From: an uncultured Verrucomicrobia subdivision 3 bacterium
GTDB taxonomy: Bacteria; Verrucomicrobiota; Verrucomicrobiia; Limisphaerales; UBA11358
Direction: 5' to 3'
Length of the DNA: 64,000 nucleotides
Assembly: GCA_903875465.1 (NCBI GenBank)
Contig: CAIQWB010000108.1
Coordinates: 1,725 to 65,724 of the forward strand
Shown here: in pieces, positions 16,920-25,674 of the stretch
Layout: each line of letters starts with the position of its first letter
Numbering within the stretch: position 1 is the first letter of the stretch
Made by a program: the position numbers and the translations under genes
The notes under the pieces: model-generated
Told to the model about the DNA's origin: nothing
The model's database searches: none
Seen by the model: only the letters and a program-made list of their open reading frames with translations

Positions 16920-18167
16920 ATGCCCACGTTCAAATACAAAGCGTTGCAAGCCAATGGCACGGTGGCCGAAGGGGTGCTGGAAGCCTCGGGGCGGCCGGAA
17001 GCCCTGCGGTTGATGGAAACCCGGGGGCTGCGGCCGGTCAATTTGGTGGAGAAGGCGGGCGCGGCGGCGAAAAAATCGGCGGCGTTGCCAGCGGTTCCGG
17101 CAGGTTTGAACTTCAAGTTCGAATCCAAAAAAATCCCGGCCAAGTCGCTGGAAAACTTTACGCGGCTGCTGTCCAGTTTGCTCGCCGCCGGCGTGCCGTT
17201 GAGCCGGGCGATGGTCATTCTGTACAAGGATAACAAGAACCCGGTCGTGGCCGCCAAATGGAAGGAATTGCACGACCTGGTGGTGGACGGCATGGCGTTG
17301 TCAGATGCGATGGCCAAATCGCCGGACACCTTTCCACGGGTGTACACGGCCATGGTGCAGGCCGGGGAAATGGGCGGCTTTCTGGATGTGGTGCTGGCGC
17401 AAATCGCGGATTTTCAACAGCGCGAAAAGGAGCTGAAATCCAAGGTGTCCACCGCGATGATTTACCCGTTGATCCTGCTGTTGCTGGCGCTGGTGGTGCT
17501 GACGGTGCTGCTGGTGTTTTTCATTCCCAAATTTCAAAAAGTGTTTAACAGCGTCCACGGCTCGCTGCCGCTGATCACGCAGGTGATCATCGGGGCCAGC
17601 CACATTCTCCGCTCCTACGGCCTGTTTGTGCTGATCGGGGTGGTGGGGGTGGGGGCGCTGCTGCGCACCTGGTTTGTGTCGGAAAAAGGCAAGCGCGTGT
17701 GGGAACTGATCGTGCTGCGCTCCCCGCTGGTGGGACCACTGATTGCCGAGTTTGCCATGGCGCGGTTTTGCCGCATGCTGGGCACCCTGCTGGGCGCGGG
17801 GGTGCCGCTGATCCATGGGTTGAACGTGGCGCGCAAATCCATTGGCAACCAAATTCTGGTGGATGCGGTATCCCAGGCGATTGAACGGGTGCAACAGGGC
17901 GGGCGGCTGGGCGAAAGCCTGGCGGAATGCAAGCGGTTGTTTCCCAGTTCGGTGCTGGAAATGATCTCGGTGGCGGAGGAGAGCGGCCGGCTGGATGTGG
18001 AGCTGGTGCGCATTGCCGCGGTGACCGAGGTGGATTTGGACCGTAATTTGAAGACCGCCGTGGCGTTTGCCGAGCCCCTGATGCTGTTTCTGATCGCGGG
18101 CTTCATCGGCCTGATTTTCATCGGCATGTTGCTGCCGATTTTCTCGCTCCAAGATTACATCAAATAA
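16920..18167 (+). CDS. gspF: type II secretion inner-membrane platform protein GspF
   Basis: Start MPTFKYKALQANGTVAEG (internal Met of ORF 16890). Two T2SSF repeats (FTRLLSSLLAAGVPL..., FCRMLGTLLGAGVPL...). Confidence 0.9.
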   Translation: MPTFKYKALQANGTVAEGVLEASGRPEALRLMETRGLRPVNLVEKAGAAAKKSAALPAVPAGLNFKFESKKIPAKSLENFTRLLSSLLAAGVPLSRAMVILYKDNKNPVVAAKWKELHDLVVDGMALSDAMAKSPDTFPRVYTAMVQAGEMGGFLDVVLAQIADFQQREKELKSKVSTAMIYPLILLLLALVVLTVLLVFFIPKFQKVFNSVHGSLPLITQVIIGASHILRSYGLFVLIGVVGVGALLRTWFVSEKGKRVWELIVLRSPLVGPLIAEFAMARFCRMLGTLLGAGVPLIHGLNVARKSIGNQILVDAVSQAIERVQQGGRLGESLAECKRLFPSSVLEMISVAEESGRLDVELVRIAAVTEVDLDRNLKTAVAFAEPLMLFLIAGFIGLIFIGMLLPIFSLQDYIK

Positions 18168-18188
18168 AATCGAACCTGATCAACGACT

Positions 18189-18635
18189 ATGAAATTAACT
18201 CATGCCTCAACCCCCGCCCGGTCCAGCTTGCGCGCGCAGGCGTTCACGCTGGTGGAAATGCTGCTGGTCATCACCATCATCGGCATTCTGGCGGCGCTGG
18301 TGGTGCCCAAGATGATGGGGCGCAGCGAACAGGCGCGGCAGGCGGCCGCGCGGTCGGATTTGTCCTCGATCAAAACCGCGCTGGACGCGTTTGAAGTGGA
18401 TAATGGCTACTATCCCAAGGGCAAGAACGGCCTGGGGGACTTGATCCAGATGCCGCGCGATGCCAAGGCGTGGCACGGACCTTATTTGGACGCGGTGCCG
18501 CAGGATCCGTGGCAAAATCCGTATATCTATGAATTTCCCGGCAAGCACAATCCCAGCAGCTATGACCTGTATTCGGCGGGTCCGGACGGGAAGCCCGGCA
18601 ATGATGATGACATTGGCAACTGGCAATCCAAGTAA
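18189..18635 (+). CDS. gspG: major pseudopilin GspG
   Basis: Prepilin N-terminus AFTLVEMLLVITIIGILAALVVPK. GspG signature QARQAAARSDLSSIKTALDAFEVDNGYYP...WHGPYL...DPWQNPY...SAGPDGKPGNDDDIGNW. Confidence 0.9.
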   Translation: MKLTHASTPARSSLRAQAFTLVEMLLVITIIGILAALVVPKMMGRSEQARQAAARSDLSSIKTALDAFEVDNGYYPKGKNGLGDLIQMPRDAKAWHGPYLDAVPQDPWQNPYIYEFPGKHNPSSYDLYSAGPDGKPGNDDDIGNWQSK

Positions 18636-19125
18636 CCGCCGCGCGGCGTTCACCCTGATCGAGTTGATCCTGGTCATGACGTTGCTGGTGGTGGTGGTCT
18701 CGATGGTCGCGCCGAAGCTGTCGGGTTTTATCCGGGGGCGGGCCCTGGATTCCGAAGCCCGGCGCTTTCAGGCGCTGGCCCATGCGGGGCAGAGCCGGGC
18801 GGTCTCCGAGGGTGTGCCCATGGTGCTGTGGCTGGATGCCAAGCAGGGCAGCTATGGCATGGAAGCGGAAACGCCGGCGGCGAGCGGGGATCCGAAGGCG
18901 GAGCGGGTGAGCCTGGCGGATAATTTGCAGATGGCGGTGGTGAATACGGGCGGCAGCGCGCCCACGACCTTTCACAACCTGCCGGCCATTCGCTTTCAGG
19001 CGGATGGGTCGGTGGATGAAACCAGCCCGCACACGGTGTGCCTGACCGATGCGGCCGGGACATCGTTGTGGCTGGTGGAATTAAAGAACCGGACAGGTTA
19101 TGAAATTCGCGATACCAGCAACTAA
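18607..19125 (+). CDS. gspH: minor pseudopilin, GspH-like
   Basis: Prepilin N-terminus RRAAFTLIELILVMTLLVVVV followed by LSGFIRGRALDSEARR. Three consecutive ATGs at 18601, 18604 and 18607 leave the start ambiguous. Overlaps the 3' end of gspG. Confidence 0.6.
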   Translation: MTLATGNPSNRRAAFTLIELILVMTLLVVVVSMVAPKLSGFIRGRALDSEARRFQALAHAGQSRAVSEGVPMVLWLDAKQGSYGMEAETPAASGDPKAERVSLADNLQMAVVNTGGSAPTTFHNLPAIRFQADGSVDETSPHTVCLTDAAGTSLWLVELKNRTGYEIRDTSN

Positions 19126-19531
19126 GCGCGGCACGGCGGGGTTCACCCTGGCCGAGGTGCTGGCGGCGATGCTGTTTCTCGCGCTGGTGATTCCGGCGGC
19201 CGTGGAGGCCCTGCATGTGGCGGGCCTGGCCGGGGAAGTGGCGGCCCGCAAGAGCGCGGCCGCGCGGGTGGCCGACCGGGTCTTGAATGAGAGCCTGGTG
19301 CTGACGAACTGGACGGGCGGCACGCACAGCGGGACGGTGGCGGAAGGCGCGTTGGAGTTTCGCTGGACCCTGACCAGCCAGAACTGGCCGCAGGACGCGA
19401 TGCAGTTGCTGACGGCCGAGGTGAAGTTTTCGGCCCAGAACAAAGATTATTCGGTGAAAATGTGCACGCTGGCGAATGTCCAGCAGATGCCCGGGGCCAC
19501 GACCCCGGGGATGGCAGGCAGGCAACCTTGA
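19100..19531 (+). CDS. gspI: minor pseudopilin, GspI-like
   Basis: 143 aa. Prepilin N-terminus GTAGFTLAEVLAAMLFLALVI. Size and position fit GspI. Confidence 0.55.
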   Translation: MKFAIPATKRGTAGFTLAEVLAAMLFLALVIPAAVEALHVAGLAGEVAARKSAAARVADRVLNESLVLTNWTGGTHSGTVAEGALEFRWTLTSQNWPQDAMQLLTAEVKFSAQNKDYSVKMCTLANVQQMPGATTPGMAGRQP

Positions 19532-20217
19532 AACTGACATTACATCACGGGCGCGGGACGCGGGCCTTCACGCTGATCGAAATGATCCTGGCGGTGGGGA
19601 TTACCGCGATCGTGCTGCTGGCCATCAGCGCCACGCTGTTCACGGCGCTGCATTTGCGCGACAGCACCCAGGCGCTGGTGGATGCCGAGCAGCCGCTGGA
19701 CCAGACCGGCACGTTCTTGCGGCGGGATTTGCAAGGCGCGATGGTGCCCACGACCAACGGGATATTTACGGGAGATTTTAAAGTGGGCAACGTCACCAGC
19801 CCGGGCATCGGCCAGCCGGTGGCCCTGGAACTCTACACGACCACCGGGGCGTTGAGTGACACGAAGCCCTGGGGTGAGGTGCAAAAAGTGACGTATGAAT
19901 TGAAGCCGTCCACGGATCAAAGCCAGCCGGGCAAGGATTTGGTGCGCAGTGTCACCCGCAACATTCTGGCCACCGCCACCGTGGATGTGGATGACCAATT
20001 GCTGCTGGGCGGGGTGCAGGACTTGAAAGTGACTTGCTACGACGGCAACCAATGGCAGGAAGCCTGGGATACCACCGATCTCACATCCGCCACCACGAAT
20101 CTCCCGCAGGCGGTGAAGGTGGAAATTCAAATGGCCGGCGCCGCCAACGGCAACACGCGGCCCATGCCGATCGAATTCTTGGTGCCGATCGATTCGCAAT
20201 CCCGGACGAATTCCTGA
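19528..20217 (+). CDS. gspJ: minor pseudopilin, GspJ-like
   Basis: Prepilin N-terminus TRAFTLIEMILAVGITAIVLL. C-terminal ...GNQWQEAWD...LPQAVKVEIQM resembles GspJ. Start inferred as a TTG overlapping the gspI stop (TTGA). The ORF-track ATG at 19462 would add 22 non-pilin residues. Confidence 0.6.
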   Translation: MKLTLHHGRGTRAFTLIEMILAVGITAIVLLAISATLFTALHLRDSTQALVDAEQPLDQTGTFLRRDLQGAMVPTTNGIFTGDFKVGNVTSPGIGQPVALELYTTTGALSDTKPWGEVQKVTYELKPSTDQSQPGKDLVRSVTRNILATATVDVDDQLLLGGVQDLKVTCYDGNQWQEAWDTTDLTSATTNLPQAVKVEIQMAGAANGNTRPMPIEFLVPIDSQSRTNS

Positions 20218-20218
20218 C

Positions 20219-21607
20219 ATGCAACTCACCCCCCCAGCCCAGCTTCAGCACACCCGGCGCCAGCGCGCCTCGGTCCTGATCATTGTGCTGTGGATTTGCA
20301 TCGGCCTGGTGAGCATCACCCTATACTTTGCGAATTCGATGACCTATGAATTGCGCGCGGCGGACAACCGGGTTACCGGCCTGACCGCCGACCAGGCCAT
20401 TGAGGGGGCGGCGCGCTATGTCAGTTTCGTGCTGTCCAACTTTGCCACCAATGGTGCGGTGCCGAACAACACCCAGTTTTCCTGCGCGGGCGTCAACATT
20501 GGGGATGCCCGGTACTGGATCATTGGCCGGGATCCGGCCGCCACGCCGTCGGTGACGGAACCTTATTTCGGGCTGATTGACGAGGGGTCCAAATTGAACC
20601 TCAACCGGGCGGGCACCAACACGCTTTCCTACCTGCCCAACATGAACTATGACGTGGCCCAGGCCATGGTGAACTGGCGCAATACCAATGCCAACCCGGA
20701 CCTGACGTATGCCCAGTATGGTTATAGTGAGAAGGAAGCTCCGTTTGAAACGGTGGATGAACTGCGGCTCGTGGATGGCGTGACCCTGGAGGTGCTGCTC
20801 GGCGAGGATCTCAACCGCAACGGCGTGCTGGACGCCAATGAGAAGGACCAAAACGGGAACGGCCAGCTTGACCCCGGATTGATGGAATATCTTACCGTGT
20901 ACAGCCGCGAACCGAATTTTCACCTGGATGGCTCCAGCCTGACGAATGTGAACACCGCGCGGCGCGCGCAATTGCTTTCTTTGTTCCAGAACGCGAATGT
21001 CAACAATGCCACCGCGCTGGCCACGGCCATCGATACCTACACCCATCCCACGCCGCCGGCCACCGGCCAGACGTTCGCCAGTCTGCTGGGATTTTACCTG
21101 TTTTGCCAGAGCCGGGGAGGCATGACGTCCGCGCAATTTGCCACCATTAACAATGACATTACGATCACGGCCACCAACGTCAATTACGTCACCGGCCGGG
21201 TGAATATCAACACCGCCTGTGCCGACGTGTTGACCGCACTGTTCATGGGCAGTGGAATCGCCGAGCAGACGGCGGAAAGCGCGGCGCAGACCATGGTTAC
21301 TTATCGCGACCAAAATCCCAACTATTTAGATTCCATCGGGTGGATGGCAGATGCCCTCGGCACCGGCAATCAAGTGGTGACCACCATGGCCGCCTCCGAC
21401 AAACTGACGACCCACAGCTATCAGTTCACCGCCGACATTGCGGCGGTGGGCAATTATGGCCGCGGCTACCGGCGGGTGAAATTTATTTTTGATGTGAGTG
21501 AGGGGGCCCCAAAAATTCGGTATCGTCAGGACTTGAGCCGGCTGGGCTGGGCCCTGGGCACCAAGGTCCGCGAAAATCTCAATCTGGTGGCGCAGGCAAC
21601 GAAATGA
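20219..21607 (+). CDS. gspK: minor pseudopilin GspK
   Basis: 462 aa. Non-cleavable hydrophobic N-terminus RASVLIIVLWICIGLVSI, the IDEGSKLNLN motif, a Ca-binding-like DLNRNGVLDANEKDQNGNGQLD, and an HhH-like VNINTACADVLTAL. Confidence 0.75.
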   Translation: MQLTPPAQLQHTRRQRASVLIIVLWICIGLVSITLYFANSMTYELRAADNRVTGLTADQAIEGAARYVSFVLSNFATNGAVPNNTQFSCAGVNIGDARYWIIGRDPAATPSVTEPYFGLIDEGSKLNLNRAGTNTLSYLPNMNYDVAQAMVNWRNTNANPDLTYAQYGYSEKEAPFETVDELRLVDGVTLEVLLGEDLNRNGVLDANEKDQNGNGQLDPGLMEYLTVYSREPNFHLDGSSLTNVNTARRAQLLSLFQNANVNNATALATAIDTYTHPTPPATGQTFASLLGFYLFCQSRGGMTSAQFATINNDITITATNVNYVTGRVNINTACADVLTALFMGSGIAEQTAESAAQTMVTYRDQNPNYLDSIGWMADALGTGNQVVTTMAASDKLTTHSYQFTADIAAVGNYGRGYRRVKFIFDVSEGAPKIRYRQDLSRLGWALGTKVRENLNLVAQATK

Positions 21608-23061
21608 ACACGATTTTGAAAGTGAAAACCGCCCGACATAAAAAATTGACGAGCCTGCTGGCGCTGGTCCTGGATGGCACCCGCCTGACGGGGGTGGTCC
21701 TCCGGCGCAATAATGACGCCTTGCAACCACTGCAAACTCTGGCCGTCACACTCGCGCTCGATCCACTCACCGCCGCGCCCGAATTGGTGGGGCGGGAAAT
21801 TCGCAACCACCTGGATGCCGCCGGCGTGCGCGAACGTTTTTGCGTGGTGGGCGTGCCCTTGAAATGGGTGCTGACCGCGCAAACCGAACTGCCGGACCTG
21901 CCGGCGGAGGATGCGGCCAGCCTGCTGCAAATGGAAACCGAGCGGGGTTTTCCCGCCGATGTGACCACGCTGCACATTGGCCAGTCGGCCTGCGCCCTGG
22001 CAGCGGGCAAACAATTGGTGACCCTGGCGGCGATTCCCAACAGCCAGATCGGATTATTGGAGCAGGTGCTGGTGGCGGCGAAATTGAAGCCGGTGAGTTT
22101 TGCCCTCAGCCTGCCGGCTTTGCAACCGCCCGCCGGGCCCAAGGCAGCGGGGGTGCTGGCTTTGCTGGTGGGGGAAACGCAGGTGGGCTTGCAGATTACG
22201 ACCCAGGGCGGGGTGGCGGCCCTGCGCGGCCTGGAGGGGGCCGTGGAAAACGAATCCGGACACCCCGTCCTGCATGCCGGGCTGGTTTCCCGGGAGGCCC
22301 GCATTACGCTGGGCCAGTTGCCGGCGGAACTCCGGCAGTCGGTGAAACGCATTCGGATTTTTGGGCCGAAGGACCTCGCCCGGCAACTGGCGGACGAAAT
22401 GGAACTGCGGTTTGAACCTTTGGGTCTGGAAGTAGAAGTCGTCACGGCCTATGCCCCCGCGGAGTTTGGGTTGGAACTGCCCCCGGCGCCATCGCTTTCC
22501 GCCGCCTTCAGCCTGGCCGCGTGGGCGCTGGCCGGCCAGGCGCCCGTCTTTGAGTTTCTGCCGCCCAAACCCACCTTGTTCCAGCAGCTGGCGGCCAAAT
22601 ATTCCTCGGGCCGGTTACAGACCATTGGCGCGGCGGCGGCCATCCTGCTACTGCTCGTGGGCGGGCTCTTCGCGGTGCAGGAATATCAGCTGGTCCAGTT
22701 GCGTTCCGAATGGGCGGCCATGAAGCCCAAAGTGGATGAATTGAACACCCTCCAGGGGTTGATTCGGCAGTACCGCCCGTGGTTCGATGATTCGTACACG
22801 GCGTTGAGCATCCTGCGTGAATTGTCCATCGCCTTCCCCGAGGATGGCACGGTCACCGCGAAAACCATTGAGGTGCGGGATGGCAATATCGTGAGTTGCG
22901 CCGGTACGGCGAAGGATAACACGGCCTTGCTGCGAACACTCGGGCAGTTGCGCGAGGCCGAGCAGGTTTCGGATTTGAAAGTGGAGCAGATTCGCGGCAA
23001 ATCGCCGATGCAGTTCACGTTTGAATTTCACTGGGGTACTGGAGGTCGTCATGAAAATTGA
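21604..23061 (+). CDS. gspL: GspL-like assembly protein (PilM-like cytoplasmic domain + TM + PilN-like periplasmic domain)
   Basis: 485 aa. ATGA overlap with gspK. One central TM segment (IGAAAAILLLLVGGLFAV). The assignment rests on position and topology; sequence motifs are weak. Confidence 0.55.
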   Translation: MNTILKVKTARHKKLTSLLALVLDGTRLTGVVLRRNNDALQPLQTLAVTLALDPLTAAPELVGREIRNHLDAAGVRERFCVVGVPLKWVLTAQTELPDLPAEDAASLLQMETERGFPADVTTLHIGQSACALAAGKQLVTLAAIPNSQIGLLEQVLVAAKLKPVSFALSLPALQPPAGPKAAGVLALLVGETQVGLQITTQGGVAALRGLEGAVENESGHPVLHAGLVSREARITLGQLPAELRQSVKRIRIFGPKDLARQLADEMELRFEPLGLEVEVVTAYAPAEFGLELPPAPSLSAAFSLAAWALAGQAPVFEFLPPKPTLFQQLAAKYSSGRLQTIGAAAAILLLLVGGLFAVQEYQLVQLRSEWAAMKPKVDELNTLQGLIRQYRPWFDDSYTALSILRELSIAFPEDGTVTAKTIEVRDGNIVSCAGTAKDNTALLRTLGQLREAEQVSDLKVEQIRGKSPMQFTFEFHWGTGGRHEN

Positions 23062-23587
23062 GAATCGTCAGCAATTATTAGTTGTGGTTACCGTCGCCGT
23101 CCTGGCTTTGCTGGTCCTGGACAGCGTGGTATTTGAGCCCCTCGTGGGTTGGTATGGCACGCGGGCCAAGCAAATCACCGAGTTGCGCAACCAGGTGAAA
23201 AATGGCAAAGGCCTGCTGGCCCGGTCGCAGGGGATCCGGGGGCATTGGAAGGAAATGCTGGCCAACACGCTGCCGAACAAGTCCTCCGTGGCGGATCAAA
23301 AGGTCATCAGCGCCTTTGACCAGTGGTCCCGCGACACCGGGGTGGAAATCACGGATATCATGCCGCAATGGAAGAACGATACCGATGATTATCAGACCCT
23401 GAACTGTCGGGTGGAGGCCTCCGGCAACCTGGCTGCCCTGAGCCAGTTTTTGTATGACGTGGAAAAAGGCCAGCTGGCGATCAAACTGGATTCCTTGGAA
23501 TTAAGCTCCAAAGACAACGGCGGTCAAACCCTCAACCTGGGACTGCAAGTCAGCGGTCTGGCCCTCATCAACCCCACCCAGCCATGA
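23051..23587 (+). CDS. gspM: GspM/PilO-like bitopic protein
   Basis: Start at an ATG preceded by GGAGG (23041..23045). N-terminal TM segment LLVVVTVAVLALLVL, then a coiled segment and an alpha/beta domain. The call is based on position. Confidence 0.45.
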   Translation: MKIENRQQLLVVVTVAVLALLVLDSVVFEPLVGWYGTRAKQITELRNQVKNGKGLLARSQGIRGHWKEMLANTLPNKSSVADQKVISAFDQWSRDTGVEITDIMPQWKNDTDDYQTLNCRVEASGNLAALSQFLYDVEKGQLAIKLDSLELSSKDNGGQTLNLGLQVSGLALINPTQP

Positions 23588-24192
23588 ACCTGAAACCCCT
23601 TTGCCACGGCACCCTCCTGGTCCTGATACTGGCGGGCGGCAGCCTTGCCCCGGGCCAGTCCCAAACGCCGGGTCCCACGGACTACAGCGGCTTCAGCCGG
23701 TTTGTTACCAGCCGGAATATTTTTAATCCCGAGCGCTTTCCGCACAGCGGCCGCAATGCCTCGCGGCCGCGGCCGACCAACCGCCCCCGACGGGCGGCGC
23801 TGGCCTTTGCTTTTGTGGGAGCGATGGAATACGGCAAGGGGATCTTTGCCTTTTTCGACGGGAACAATGATGATTACCGCAAGTCCCTGCAGGTGAATGG
23901 CAAGCTTGCCGGTTACACGGTGGAAACGATTACCCTGGGGGGCGTGCAACTGGTGGCCGGCACCAACTCGGTGTTTCTCACGGTCGGCGCCCAAATGCAG
24001 CAGGGCACGGATGGCACTTGGGACAAGGCCGAGGAACCCGTGGATTTTTCCGGACGGACGGACGGTTCCGCGCCGGTGACGACGACCGGCGGTGGCAGCG
24101 ACACCGCCCCGGCCGCCCCGGCCGCGCCCGCCGGGCAAATGAGTGATACCCTTAAACGTTTAATGATGCTTAGACAACAGGAGAACAAATGA
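23584..24192 (+). CDS. secreted Pro/Arg-rich protein with small beta-domain, GspC/PilP-like (secretin-coupling candidate)
   Basis: ATGA overlaps at both ends. Signal peptide MNLKPLCHGTLLVLILAGGSLA. The C-terminal segment FVGAMEYGKGIFAFFDGNN..LQVNGKLAGYTVETITLGGVQL resembles PilP/GspC HR-type beta domains. Confidence 0.3.
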   Translation: MNLKPLCHGTLLVLILAGGSLAPGQSQTPGPTDYSGFSRFVTSRNIFNPERFPHSGRNASRPRPTNRPRRAALAFAFVGAMEYGKGIFAFFDGNNDDYRKSLQVNGKLAGYTVETITLGGVQLVAGTNSVFLTVGAQMQQGTDGTWDKAEEPVDFSGRTDGSAPVTTTGGGSDTAPAAPAAPAGQMSDTLKRLMMLRQQENK

Positions 24193-25646
24193 ACAAATTA
24201 ATGTGGCAAACCCTCCCGGCCCTGTGTGTGGCGGGATTATTGATTTCCGCCCGCGCCCAGGATAACAACCCACCGCCGCCGCCGGACACGAACAACGTGC
24301 CCGAGACCCCCGGCCAGCCCGGGCCGGGTCCAGGTGAAATGCCGTTGCCGCCGGATGCGGCGGCCCAGCCAGCGGAAGGTGATGGCACGACTACTAATGG
24401 GGTCGCCGGCACCAACGGCACGCCCGCGGCGGTGGCTGCGCCGACCGTGGCCGAGGACCGGCCGGCCGCCCGGTCCGCGAGCCTGACCAATACTTCGCCG
24501 GATGCTTTTATGCCGCCCGCGGCGGCCGGCACCAATGTGGATGCGCTGCGGCTGAATTTCCGCAATGCGCCACTCGAAATGGTCTTGAATTACCTGAGCG
24601 ATGCGGCCGGCTTTATCATTGTGCTGGACACCCAGGTGCACGGCTCGGTGAGTGTGATCAGCAGCCATCCCATGACCCGCGATGAGGCGGTGGATTTGCT
24701 GAATGCCGTCCTCAATAAAAATGGTTATGCCGCCATTCGCGATGGCCGCACACTGACGATTGTGGACAAGAACGATGCCAAGACCCGCAACATTCCGGTC
24801 AAGGTGAGCAACGATCCGGATAAAATCCCCAACAATGCGGAGATTGTCACCCAGATTATTCCCATCCGCTTTGTGGAAGCCGAACAACTCGCCAAGGATT
24901 TGTCGCTGTTTGTCTCCCCACAGGCCACGATCGTGGCGAATGAGGCGGGCAATTCGATTGTGGTCACGGACACCCAGTCGAACATCCGCCACCTGGTGGA
25001 AATCATCAAGGCGATCGACAGCAGTGCCGAAGGCGAAACCCAGATCCGCGTGTTTCACCTGGCGCATGCCAGCCCGGCTGATGTCGCCAGTGAATTGGGT
25101 CAAATCTTTCCTTCAACCAGCGGTTCGAGCGGAGCCACCCAGTCGCCCATCCGTTTCGGTGGTGGTGGCGCGGGCGGTCCGGGCGGATTTTTTGCCCGGA
25201 TGATGGGCGGTGGGGGTGGTTTTGGCGGCGGTGGCGGCGGCGGAGCCGCCGCCGGCGGGGGCAGCAACTCCCGCATGCAGAAGCAAACCCAGGTGACGGC
25301 GGTGGCCGATCCGCGCACGTCGTCCGTAATTGTGACCGCCTCGGCGGATTTGATGCAGGAAATCATTGGCATGATGACCCAGCTCGACGTCCCCTCCCAG
25401 CGAGATCAGAAGGTGTTTGTGTATCATCTGGATCATGGCGATCCCCAGCAAACCCTCCAAGTATTGCAAAACATGTTTGGCGGCAGCAGTTCCACCAGCT
25501 CGCGGGGTGGCAGTTCCTCCAGCACCAGCAGCGCCCTGGGCAACCGGCAAACCCAAAATGCCACTTCCACGGGCACCAGCACCAGCACCGGCATCGGTGG
25601 TTCTGGTTTGGGTGGCGGCGGCGGCGGCGGTCGCGGCGGTTTATAA
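24189..25646 (+). CDS. gspD: secretin GspD, N-terminal part only (N0 + ring-building N domains, no secretin core)
   Basis: Signal peptide, Pro-rich linker, N0 (LNFRNAPLEMVLNYLSDAAGFIIVLD) and N domains (IRFVEAEQLAKDL...NSIVVTDTQSNIRHLVEIIKAID; IRVFHLAHASPADVASELGQIF...VIVTASADLMQEIIGMMTQLD). It ends after half an N domain plus a Ser/Gly tail, with a TAATAA double stop. Confidence 0.8.
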   Translation: MNKLMWQTLPALCVAGLLISARAQDNNPPPPPDTNNVPETPGQPGPGPGEMPLPPDAAAQPAEGDGTTTNGVAGTNGTPAAVAAPTVAEDRPAARSASLTNTSPDAFMPPAAAGTNVDALRLNFRNAPLEMVLNYLSDAAGFIIVLDTQVHGSVSVISSHPMTRDEAVDLLNAVLNKNGYAAIRDGRTLTIVDKNDAKTRNIPVKVSNDPDKIPNNAEIVTQIIPIRFVEAEQLAKDLSLFVSPQATIVANEAGNSIVVTDTQSNIRHLVEIIKAIDSSAEGETQIRVFHLAHASPADVASELGQIFPSTSGSSGATQSPIRFGGGGAGGPGGFFARMMGGGGGFGGGGGGGAAAGGGSNSRMQKQTQVTAVADPRTSSVIVTASADLMQEIIGMMTQLDVPSQRDQKVFVYHLDHGDPQQTLQVLQNMFGGSSSTSSRGGSSSSTSSALGNRQTQNATSTGTSTSTGIGGSGLGGGGGGGRGGL

Positions 25647-25674
25647 TAAGCAATCCCTCTGAATTTTAACATTT